A stretch of DNA of 24,000 nucleotides. Origin: a bacterium BMS3Bbin14. Lineage in GTDB: Bacteria; Desulfobacterota; Desulfobulbia; Desulfobulbales; Desulfobulbaceae. The translations under genes were made by a program, and so were the position numbers. Location: NCBI GenBank assembly GCA_002897615.1, contig BDTX01000009.1, positions 16,364 to 40,363 of the forward strand, read 5' to 3'. Below the pieces are notes generated by a model that was given only the letters and a program-made list of their open reading frames with translations, searched no databases and was not told the DNA's origin. Numbering within the stretch: the stretch's first letter is position 1; every line of letters begins with the position of its first letter. Shown here piece after piece: positions 9,446-16,584 of the stretch.

Positions 9446-9490
9446 TGTAGGTCCCTCAGCTATCAGCTGCAAATAAAATGGAGGCACACC

Positions 9491-9967
9491 ATGCAGGTTC
9501 TCATCCTTTATTATTCCAGGAGCAACAATACCAAAAAGCTGGCAGAGGCCGTTGCCGAAGGCGTTGCCTCTACCGGAGTTACGGCGGTATTGAAGAACAC
9601 CGAAGAGGTCGAGATAGATGATTTTCGTAACTCGGCCGGGGTTATCGCCGGCTCACCCGTGTATTTCGGAGTTATGGCGGCGCAGCTCAAGAAGGTGTTT
9701 GACGACTTTGTCGGCGTGCGCCGCGTGATGGAGAATAAAGTCGGGGCGGCCTTTGCCACCGGCAGCCACCATTCCGGCGGCAAGGAAACCACCATCCTCT
9801 CCATCCTGCAATGCATGCTGATTTACGGAATGATTATCGTCGGTGATCCGATGAACGCCTCGGGCCACTACGGCGTCGCCTGCTGTAAAGAGCCCGACGA
9901 AACCGCAGTCTCGGACGGTTTCAAGCTGGGCAAGAGAGTGGCCGAGCTGTGCGCCAGGCTTAAATGA
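9491..9967 (+). CDS. Flavodoxin-like fold FMN protein (WrbA / NAD(P)H-dependent FMN reductase-like)
   Basis: A 158-aa ORF with GGAGG 6 nt upstream. N-terminal MQVLILYYSRSNNTKKLAEAV is a flavodoxin-type FMN phosphate loop. It also has GSPVYFG and GSHHSGGKETT. Confidence 0.8.
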   Translation: MQVLILYYSRSNNTKKLAEAVAEGVASTGVTAVLKNTEEVEIDDFRNSAGVIAGSPVYFGVMAAQLKKVFDDFVGVRRVMENKVGAAFATGSHHSGGKETTILSILQCMLIYGMIIVGDPMNASGHYGVACCKEPDETAVSDGFKLGKRVAELCARLK

Positions 9968-10024
9968 CCCGGCAAACCGGCGTCTGCGCCGGACCGGAGC
10001 AAGCAGATCCCCGACAGCCGTAAG

Positions 10025-11158
10025 ATGAGCCCTCTGCCGCACTCCGCAGCCATGCCCCTGCAGGAGCTCTGGATTCGCCAGCTGCAACGGGAATATGACG
10101 ATATCTGTTTTCAGTACCGGGTCGACCTGAAACCGCCGGTCTTCGAGATTACCCGCTCCACGACCCGGCTGGGCGTCTGGCGGGCCGAACACCGTATCCT
10201 GCAGCTCAGCCGTTATCTCATCGAAAAGCACCCCTGGCAGGTCACCCTCCAGGTCCTGAAACACGAGATGGCGCACCAGGTCTGCACGGAAATCTTTCAC
10301 CATCGGTCCGGCGGCCATGGCCCTGATTTTCACAAGGCCTGCGAGCTGCTCGGGGTGGCGGCGCCCTTTCGCCGGGCCGGCAGTGACCTGGCCGGACAGA
10401 TTGAACAGACGGACCCGGGCCGCTGCCGGACGGCCGAAGGACGGAGAATCATAGACAAAATCACCAAGCTCCTGGCCCTGGCCGGTTCGGACAACGAACA
10501 TGAAGCCGCCCTGGCCATGCAGCGGGCCGGGGAGCTGCTGGCCCGGCACAACCTGGAGCAGGTCCGGCTGGCAGAGCGCAGCGGCTATGCCCATCTCGTC
10601 ATCAATACCGGCAAAAAACGCCTCGCCGGCCATATCAGGGTAATCTGCGCCATCCTGCGGGATTATTTTTACGTGCAGGTGGTGTGCTCAACCATCTATG
10701 ATCCCCGCACCAATGAAACCTACCGGACCATTGAGCTGCTGGGGCGCGAGGAAAACGTCCCGGTGGCCGAACACTGCTACCACTTCCTGGAAGACCGGCT
10801 GGCGTTTCTCTGGTCGCAAAACCGTTCCCGTCATCAAGGCCATGCCCGCACCGCCCGTAACAGCTATTACCTCGGGCTGCTGCGGGGATTTGCCGAAAAA
10901 CTTTCCCGCCAGGCCGGCAGGAAAGACAACCCCGGCCAAACCGGGCCGCAGCCCACCCCCGGCGCCCTGGTCCTGGCCGGCGACCGGCATCTGCAATCGT
11001 TTATCAGCCAACGTTTTCCCCGTCTGCGCAAGGTTTCCGGCCGCAGCGCCAGGATATACCGCGATACCTATAATGAAGCCGTGGCCACCGGCCGGACCAT
11101 CATCCTGCACCGGGCCGTGGCAGAGCGGGCCGAAGACCGGGGCGGGCTGCTTGAATAG
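10025..11158 (+). CDS. SprT-like zinc metalloprotease domain protein with DUF2786-type central helix
   Basis: HEMAHQ (HExxH) lies within VLKHEMAHQVCTEIF...GHGPDFHKACELLG, an SprT-like domain. KITKLLALAGSDNEHEAALAMQRAGELLARHNL resembles DUF2786. ATG 10052 is an alternative start. The large antisense ORF 9653..10633(-) is judged spurious. Confidence 0.7.
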   Translation: MSPLPHSAAMPLQELWIRQLQREYDDICFQYRVDLKPPVFEITRSTTRLGVWRAEHRILQLSRYLIEKHPWQVTLQVLKHEMAHQVCTEIFHHRSGGHGPDFHKACELLGVAAPFRRAGSDLAGQIEQTDPGRCRTAEGRRIIDKITKLLALAGSDNEHEAALAMQRAGELLARHNLEQVRLAERSGYAHLVINTGKKRLAGHIRVICAILRDYFYVQVVCSTIYDPRTNETYRTIELLGREENVPVAEHCYHFLEDRLAFLWSQNRSRHQGHARTARNSYYLGLLRGFAEKLSRQAGRKDNPGQTGPQPTPGALVLAGDRHLQSFISQRFPRLRKVSGRSARIYRDTYNEAVATGRTIILHRAVAERAEDRGGLLE

Positions 11159-11289
11159 GAACGCGATAGCGCCGGGGACCGGGACGAAGCCGCAATAATG
11201 CCGGCCGGCCCCGAACTCTGCCCCCCGGACAGAGATTCAGTCCTGAACCCGTAACGGGCTTGAGGTGATGTTGCCGGTCTTCACCGCGC

Positions 11290-11441
11290 GTAACCGTTCA
11301 CCTGCACCCCATCTTTGTCCGTTTCGCCCTCCTCAGGTACAGGGAGTACACCTCGGAGGGCGAAACGAACAAATCCGGGGCACATCTGAACGGTTACAGT
11401 TACGAGTTGAGGGTAGTTTATTGCCTCTGGTGAACGGTTAC
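11290..11441. mobile_element. MITE-like non-autonomous element (152 bp) with 13-bp perfect TIRs and an 8-bp flanking duplication
   Basis: Left end gtaaccgttcacc (11290-11302) is the exact reverse complement of right end ggtgaacggttac (11429-11441). The direct repeat caccgcgc abuts both ends (11282-11289 and 11442-11449). The interior is a long imperfect palindrome (11290-11397) with a perfect 12-bp core gtttcgccctcc / ggagggcgaaac (11321-11332 / 11355-11366). There is no ORF. Removing the element plus one repeat copy in silico restores a sequence that aligns at 37/43 positions to the reverse complement of 19541-19583. Confidence 0.65.
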
Positions 11442-11448
11442 CACCGCG

Positions 11449-11474
11449 CCGCCCTGCGACCCGCCCGATAACGG
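11449..11474 (+). repeat. Short dispersed repeat ccgccctgcgacccgcccgataacgg (inverted partner at 19541-19566)
   Basis: It matches the reverse complement of 19541-19566 at 24/26 positions. The similarity extends leftwards across the MITE insertion site. Confidence 0.8.
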
Positions 11475-11509
11475 ATCCAGGTCAGTGCCATGTTTTTTGG
11501 CCCTCGATC

Positions 11510-11549
11510 TTGACATTTTTCAGCCTCCGGCTTATCGTATTTTAACGAT
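11510..11549 (+). promoter_or_regulatory. Candidate arsR-hgcAB promoter (TTGACA-N17-TATCGT) with overlapping palindrome ATCGT-N6-ACGAT (possible ArsR operator)
   Basis: TTGACA at 11510-11515, a 17-nt spacer, and TATCGT at 11533-11538. The inverted repeat atcgt atttta acgat at 11534-11549 overlaps the -10 box and the expected start site. Pattern-based only. Confidence 0.4.
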
Positions 11550-11883
11550 GGACGGGAAAAGGACAATAAATTTCGTAGGAACCATGCCGGATACGCATGA
11601 GCTGGCGGGCCTGTGCAAGGCCCTTGGCCATCCTGCGCGAATAAAAATCCTCAAACACCTCCTTGACGAAGACCGTTGCATTTGCGGCCGGATCGTGGAG
11701 GTCCTCCCCCTGGCTCAATCCACCGTGAGCCAGCATCTCAAGATTCTCAAGGAATCGGGACTGATCCTCGGCGAGGTGGAAGGCCCCCGAACCTGTTACT
11801 GCGTTGACAAAAACAGGCTGGCACTCATCGGCGCAGCCGTAGCTGCCCTGCTCCAGCCCGAAAACGACCGGAGAAAATCATGA
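11548..11883 (+). CDS. arsR: ArsR/SmtB-family metalloregulatory transcriptional repressor
   Basis: Winged-HTH core [15 protein letters not shown]...[31 protein letters not shown] CxC sits at the position of the ArsR ELCVCDL metalloid site, with a second CxC (TCYCV) near the C-terminus. The start is uncertain: GTG 11485 (track), ATG 11548, or ATG 11584 (AGGA upstream, best fit to the candidate promoter). The stop overlaps the upstream hgcA ATG (ATGA). Confidence 0.85.
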   Translation: MDGKRTINFVGTMPDTHELAGLCKALGHPARIKILKHLLDEDRCICGRIVEVLPLAQSTVSQHLKILKESGLILGEVEGPRTCYCVDKNRLALIGAAVAALLQPENDRRKS

Positions 11884-13076
11884 CCGACCTCATCTCCCTG
11901 GAAGCCATCAAACCGGAACCCCTGGGGCAAACATCGTGCGGAGCTGACCTGGAAACCACGCCGCCGGTTTGCGCGGATGACGGCCCCTGTTGAGGCCCAA
12001 AGACCGAGCCCCGGTCCGGGGCTCATGAACGGCCGGGTTACACCGTCAACCACTTTGTGGACGGTTTTGTCGAGACGCCGGCCGGAGCCGTGCCGCGGGT
12101 CAAAACAACCATGACCGGCCGCGATCGTTGCGGCACCGTGAAGGCGCGGACCGGCATCGCCCGCACCAACTACAAGGTTATCCCCGGGCTGTACTGCGTG
12201 GGCACGCCCGGCCCCGAATCACCGGTAATCGTCACTGCCAACTACAAGCTCAGTTTTGATGCCCTGCGCAAGGAACTGGCCGGGATTGACGCTTGGATTC
12301 TGGTCGTCGACACGCGCGGCATCAATGTCTGGTGCGCCGCCGGCAAAGGGACCTTTTCCACGGAAGAGGTCGCGTTCCAGGTCAAGGCCACGCACCTTGC
12401 GGAGGTGGTTTCCCACCGCGAACTCATTCTGCCCCAGTTGGCGGCCACCGGAGTCGCGGCCTATGAGCTGAAGAAGAAATGCGGCTTCAGGGGGGTATTC
12501 GGTCCCATCCAGGCCGCACACATCCCCCGGTTCCTGCGCAACGGCAAACAGGCGGACGAAACCATGCGCGCGGTGACCTTCACGCTGCGTGAACGGCTGG
12601 CTCTCGTTCCGGTCGAGATCTGGCTGCTGTGGAAACTTCTGCTGATCGTCCTGCTGGTAATCTTCGTCCTTTCCGGTATCGACCCGGACGTCTATTCACT
12701 TGCCGCGACCTGGACCCGGGGTTCGGCGGCGGCAGTGGCAACGCTGCTGGCCATCCTGGCCGGGGCCATGGCGACCCCGATCCTGCTACCCTGGATACCG
12801 GGCCGGCAGTTCTGGCTCAAAGGCATGCAGGTCGGCGCCCTGACGGGCATTGCCGCCGTTCTGTTGTCGAGCGGCCGAACCAACATCATCGGCGACCTTG
12901 GCCTCTGGGTCTGGACCGTTGTCATTACCTCGTACCTGGCCATGAACTTCACCGGCTCAACACCCTATACATCACTCTCCGGGGTTGAAAAAGAGATGCG
13001 GCGGGGGCTGCCCCTGCAGATCGGGGGTGCGGCCCTGGCCCTGGTGCTGTGGGTCGCCGCGCCATTTATAGGTTAG
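11880..13076 (+). CDS. hgcA: Mercury-methylation corrinoid protein HgcA. Proposed extended form with in-frame TGA 11991-11993 read as selenocysteine (conservative alternative: GTG 12057..13076)
   Basis: The diagnostic cap-helix motif [13 protein letters not shown] (N(V/I)WCA(A/G)GK) is followed by a C-terminal domain of multiple hydrophobic helices. hgcB lies immediately downstream. Evidence for the extension: ATG 11880 has GGAG 6 nt upstream and is in the same frame as 12057. No in-frame start codon lies between the TGA and 12057. GTG 12057 lacks an SD. A SECIS-like hairpin lies at 12006-12024. Confidence in HgcA identity is ~0.9. Confidence in the Sec-containing extension is ~0.5. Confidence 0.85.
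12006..12024 (+). promoter_or_regulatory. SECIS-like hairpin 12 nt downstream of in-frame TGA
   Basis: GAGCCCC-GGUCC-GGGGCUC is a 7-bp GC-rich stem (8 bp if G13:C17 pairs). The loop G-G-U lies at +23 to +25 counted from the U of UGA (11991). GGCC (11994-11997) can pair with GGCC (12031-12034) to form a lower stem. Confidence 0.5.
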
Positions 13077-13088
13077 GAGACCATAACG

Positions 13089-13382
13089 ATGAAAAACTTC
13101 AGATACATGGACGGCGCGGCTATCCTCAGGCTCAATCGCGAAACATGCGTGGGCTGCGGGATGTGCGTTACGGTCTGTCCGCACCGCATTTTCGGGCTGC
13201 GGGACAAAAAGGCCGAGATCCTTGATTACAATGCCTGCATGGAGTGCGGGGCCTGCGCCAGGAACTGCCCGGTTGCGGCCATTTATGTCAATCCCGACGA
13301 CGGCTGCGGCTGCGCGGCCTATATCATCAACAGCTGGATCGCCAAGGTAAGAGGGTCTTCCGTCCCGGTCTGCGGCTGCTGA
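13089..13382 (+). CDS. hgcB: Mercury-methylation 2[4Fe-4S] ferredoxin HgcB
   Basis: A 97-aa ORF. AGGAG overlaps the hgcA stop. Two CX2CX2CX3CP motifs (CVGCGMCVTVCP and CMECGACARNCP) include the HgcB-typical CMECGAC. The tail is Cys-rich (DDGCGCAAY ... PVCGC*). Confidence 0.9.
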   Translation: MKNFRYMDGAAILRLNRETCVGCGMCVTVCPHRIFGLRDKKAEILDYNACMECGACARNCPVAAIYVNPDDGCGCAAYIINSWIAKVRGSSVPVCGC

Positions 13383-13405
13383 GGCGCGATCGAAAAGCAG
13401 CGCCT
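13382..13405. terminator. Hairpin in the 33-nt convergent gap between hgcB and the MFS gene (possible bidirectional terminator, no U-run)
   Basis: aggcgc (13382-13387) pairs with gcgcct (13400-13405) around a 12-nt loop. There is no flanking T tract, so the function is uncertain. Confidence 0.25.
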
Positions 13406-13415
13406 TGCCGGGTCC

Positions 13416-14606
13416 CTATGTCCGCTGCGCGACCTCCCGGGCCTGAGCCCGGCTGCCGGTTCTGATCATACCGGCGGCCACCATGCTCACAATCAGAACA
13501 ATTACGCCGATGATAAAAAACGACCATTTCAGACCGAGCTGATCCATGCTGACGCCGGCCCCCATCGCCCCCAGGAAAACACCGCAGCTCATCGCCAGGC
13601 TGAACACGCCCATCATGGTCCCCTGGCCGTAACTCCTCCCGTCTTCCGTGGCCAGCGCCCCCAGAACCGGCCAGATCAGGGCATCGCCCATGCCGAGGAT
13701 CACAAACAGCACGAACAGCCACCAGAAATTCGCGGCCAGAGGTATCAGGCACATGACACAGCTGATGATCAGGGAACCGATCCGCAGAAGCGTGACCTTG
13801 TCGCGACGGTCGGCCATCCTGCCGCCCGGTGTCTGCAGCAGGGCACTTACAAGCGTCCGGCAGGCAATGATGATACCGATCTGCATCCCGCTGGCATGAA
13901 ACCACCGGTCCATGAGCAGAGGCAGAAAGGCCATGGTCGGCACCATGATCATCATCGTGGCCATCCGGGCCAGCAGGATGCCGCTGGTCCGACGGCTGGC
14001 GAGCATGCTCCGCAACGCCTTGAGAATCCCCGGACGCGGGCTATTGACGGCTTGGTCCTGCAGGCGGGGCATCTGGAACAGCACCAGTAACAGGGCCATA
14101 AAGCTTAAGGCCGCCATGGCGTAAAAAGCCGAGGCCATCCCCCAGAGGTCGGAGAAAAAACCGCCGAGCAACGGCCCGCCGCCGATACCGGTGAAGATGG
14201 CGACATTCAGCATCCCCATGTAACGGCCTTCCTGGCCGAACGGCGCCATATCGCTGACATAAGCCATGGCAATAGGCACGATCATGGCCGACCCCACGCC
14301 GTGGAAGGCACGGATAAAGACCAGGTTGGCAACCGAGGTGGCCTGGGGCAGGGCAAGCCCGACCAGGGTATAAATCAGCAGACCGCCGATCAGAAAACCT
14401 TTGCGGCCCCAGTGGTCCGAGAGACTGCCGACAATGGGTTGAAAGATGCCGCGGGTAACGGAGAATGCGGCGATTATGAAACCGAGGGCCAGGCCGCCGG
14501 CCCCCAGGCTGACGGCAAAGATCGGCATGATCGGCGCAATGATGCCGATGCCGAACAGGGCGATCATGACGGCCAGGAGAAGGGTGACCAGTATCTGTTT
14601 TTTCAT
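13416..14606 (-). CDS. MFS transporter (DHA-type drug/metabolite:H+ antiporter-like)
   Basis: A 396-aa ORF that is hydrophobic throughout (~12 helices). It has the MFS loop 2-3 signature GSLSDHWGRKG. Confidence 0.88.
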   Translation of the reverse strand: MKKQILVTLLLAVMIALFGIGIIAPIMPIFAVSLGAGGLALGFIIAAFSVTRGIFQPIVGSLSDHWGRKGFLIGGLLIYTLVGLALPQATSVANLVFIRAFHGVGSAMIVPIAMAYVSDMAPFGQEGRYMGMLNVAIFTGIGGGPLLGGFFSDLWGMASAFYAMAALSFMALLLVLFQMPRLQDQAVNSPRPGILKALRSMLASRRTSGILLARMATMMIMVPTMAFLPLLMDRWFHASGMQIGIIIACRTLVSALLQTPGGRMADRRDKVTLLRIGSLIISCVMCLIPLAANFWWLFVLFVILGMGDALIWPVLGALATEDGRSYGQGTMMGVFSLAMSCGVFLGAMGAGVSMDQLGLKWSFFIIGVIVLIVSMVAAGMIRTGSRAQAREVAQRT

Positions 14607-14802
14607 AAAAAAATCTGCTTACACCTGGCAGCGGCGCAATACGTCCGGTGGCATAAACAGCCGGACAATTATTTAATCTAAGGAGCCCCCGCAAAAATAA
14701 CTTCCCATTTTCGCCCCTGGATGCAAAAATGGAAAGTAATATATGAAATTATTTTGGCGCGAGCCCCAGGGGTATTCAGCCAACGACCGGAACAAGGAGG
14801 AC

Positions 14803-15324
14803 ATGATGAACCAGAAACTTGACGTGATTTTTTCCCGGCGCAGTGTCCGGCAGTACCGGGACCGGGAGATTCCGGACGAGATGATCCGTGATCTTCTTGA
14901 AGCGGGCATGGCGGCCCCGTCGGCGATGGCCAAGGACCCCTGGCATTTCATTGTGATCAAAAACAGGGCGATCCTGCAGAAACTGGCGGATGTCCTGACC
15001 CACGGCCAGATGTTGCGGCACGCTCCGGCGGCATTTGTCGTCTGCGGCGATATCACCAGGGCCCACGGCCAGCTTGAATCCTATATGTTACAGGATCTAA
15101 GCGCGGCCGTTGAAAACATCCTGATCGCCGCCAATATCCTGGGGCTCGGGACCTGCTGGCTGGGCATTCATCCCCGGGCGGAGCGGATGGACGGTATCGG
15201 CAAACTCTTCAATCTGCCGGAAAACATCATCCCCATGTGCGGCATTGCCATGGGCTGGCCGCTTGACCGGCCGCCGGCCCGCACCCGCTTCAACGCCGAC
15301 CGGGTACACAGGGATACGTGGTAA
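14803..15324 (+). CDS. Nitroreductase-family FMN oxidoreductase
   Basis: LDVIFSRRSVRQYRDREIPDEMIRDLLEAGMAAPSA is the nitroreductase N-terminal signature. AAGGAGG at 14794-14800 supports ATG 14803 or 14806 rather than the track start 14743. Confidence 0.85.
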   Translation: MMNQKLDVIFSRRSVRQYRDREIPDEMIRDLLEAGMAAPSAMAKDPWHFIVIKNRAILQKLADVLTHGQMLRHAPAAFVVCGDITRAHGQLESYMLQDLSAAVENILIAANILGLGTCWLGIHPRAERMDGIGKLFNLPENIIPMCGIAMGWPLDRPPARTRFNADRVHRDTW

Positions 15325-15383
15325 AATAATCTTGCACGCGAGCCCAGTCCAGCCGTCTCACGGACGCTAGCCGGCCTTCCCTC

Positions 15384-15409
15384 CTGGATCCGTGAGCGTT
15401 CGAGAACGG
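15384..15409 (+). repeat. 26-nt exact dispersed repeat ctggatccgtgagcgttcgagaacgg (second copy 19443-19468)
   Basis: The two copies are identical and in direct orientation. Here the repeat forms a 10-bp hairpin ctggatccgt / acggattcag (15384-15415) that overlaps the stop of the 15412..15684 gene. Confidence 0.9.
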
Positions 15410-15411
15410 AT

Positions 15412-15684
15412 TCAGGTCCCTCTCTTCTGCGCCTGTTCGATCAGTTCCGCCAGGGAAAGAATCTTCGGTTTGACGGGTTTGCCGAAGGCATCCCGCCATT
15501 CATCGGGGGAGAGTTCCCGGCGGAGAAATTCTGCGACCGGAAAGTAATGGAACCAGCAGTCAAGGGTCTTGAAGCAGGGCAGACCGAAGTTTTCCGTCCG
15601 GCAGTAGGTAAAGTGGATCTGGTGGCCAAGCCGGGGACATCTGATCTGGAAGTGATCATCCGGCGGCGTGCTGATCGGTTTCAT
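15412..15684 (-). CDS. Small (90 aa) four-cysteine protein, hypothetical (possible zinc-binding)
   Basis: GGAGGGAGG lies ~7 nt upstream of ATG 15684, so this start is shorter than the track ORF. The product is MKPISTPPDDHFQIRCPRLGHQIHFTYCRTENFGLPCFKTLDCWFHYF... with Cys at positions 15, 27, 36 and 41. I do not recognise a family. Confidence 0.55.
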   Translation of the reverse strand: MKPISTPPDDHFQIRCPRLGHQIHFTYCRTENFGLPCFKTLDCWFHYFPVAEFLRRELSPDEWRDAFGKPVKPKILSLAELIEQAQKRGT

Positions 15685-16113
15685 ATACAACCTCCCTCCG
15701 GCCATTGTTCATCAGGCAAAATCCGACACCGATGGCCTTTCCCGGTCCGGCTCGGGATCTCAGCGCCGGCCGGGTAATCTACAGCCAAGAGTGACAATCT
15801 ATGTCAAAGATGCCACTCTGTGGCCTTTTTTTGTCACTTTCCGGTCCCGCCGCCCGGCCGGGACCTCGACGGCAAAAAAATTCCAATTATTCCGGCCAAT
15901 TCGTATTGAATTACCGCTCAGCCCTAACCAGCGGGATTACCGTTGTTATCGTCACCCGCCATCCTTGACGATAAAGGTTATCAAAAACATGACAACTCTT
16001 TGAAAAGGTTAACCTTCCTTGAATACGGAATAGTAATTGCAGCGTTGCCGGTAACGGCCTCTCATTGCCACCTCAACCATGAAATCCGCTCAACAACGAA
16101 TCGGAGGACAATC

Positions 16114-16536
16114 ATGGATGCAATTGACAAACTGGGACTACTGGCAAATCTGCAAGGCGAGTCCTGCGAACTCAACCACGGCCCCGACCCCCGCCGGGAA
16201 AAACATCCTGCCGTTGATTACATTATTCAGCCCTTTGGCTACAATGTAAACGAGATAGAGGAGGTCAGCGTGCGGGAAATGCTGGTGCCGGTCTGCGCGG
16301 AGTGCGCGGAGGCCCTGCGGGGTAACGAGTGGACCCTGTTCTACTGCTTTGAATGTTGCAGCAGCCATTGGGTCTACCGGGAATTCGCCAGGAACCGCTA
16401 CCGTCATCACATCCTCTGGCTGAAAGGCTGCCCGGAATGCGCCTCTGAATTTGCCGGGCTGTACTTCAGCGACCTCGAGTCCATTGTTGAAGTACCCCAT
16501 TTCCTGACCCGGCTGACGATTGCAGAGGTCGCCTGA
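16114..16536 (+). CDS. Cys-rich (CxxC / CxxCC / CxxC) hypothetical protein, 140 aa, zinc-ribbon-like
   Basis: GGAGG lies 6 nt upstream of ATG 16114, which is in frame with the track ORF 15943..16536. The product has PVCAECAEAL, YCFECCSSHW and GCPECASEF. I do not recognise a family. Confidence 0.55.
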   Translation: MDAIDKLGLLANLQGESCELNHGPDPRREKHPAVDYIIQPFGYNVNEIEEVSVREMLVPVCAECAEALRGNEWTLFYCFECCSSHWVYREFARNRYRHHILWLKGCPECASEFAGLYFSDLESIVEVPHFLTRLTIAEVA

Positions 16537-16584
16537 CACGCACACCGCCGCCGCCCGCCTGCCCCCCTTGCGAAGCGACCGGCG

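Noticed and set aside
9255-9446. Track ORF 9255..9446 (-), beginning MVRPEGFEPP...
   Set aside because: It is the classic translation of the complement of a tRNA. The region folds into a canonical tRNA-Arg cloverleaf on the + strand.
9653-10633. Large antisense ORFs. Examples: 9653..10633(-) 326 aa, 645..1394(-), 1491..2117(-), 5190..5816(+), 13327..13905(-), 14041..14694(-), 16984..17568(+), 19648..20253(-), 20612..21163(-)
   Set aside because: Each lies fully opposite a gene with strong family motifs. They have the Arg/Gly/Pro/Ala-rich composition typical of shadow frames in GC-rich DNA and lack SD sequences.
11159-11547. Cobalamin or other riboswitch upstream of the corrinoid-protein operon
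   Set aside because: I could not recognise a B12 box or other riboswitch core. The structure in this region is explained by the MITE-like palindrome.
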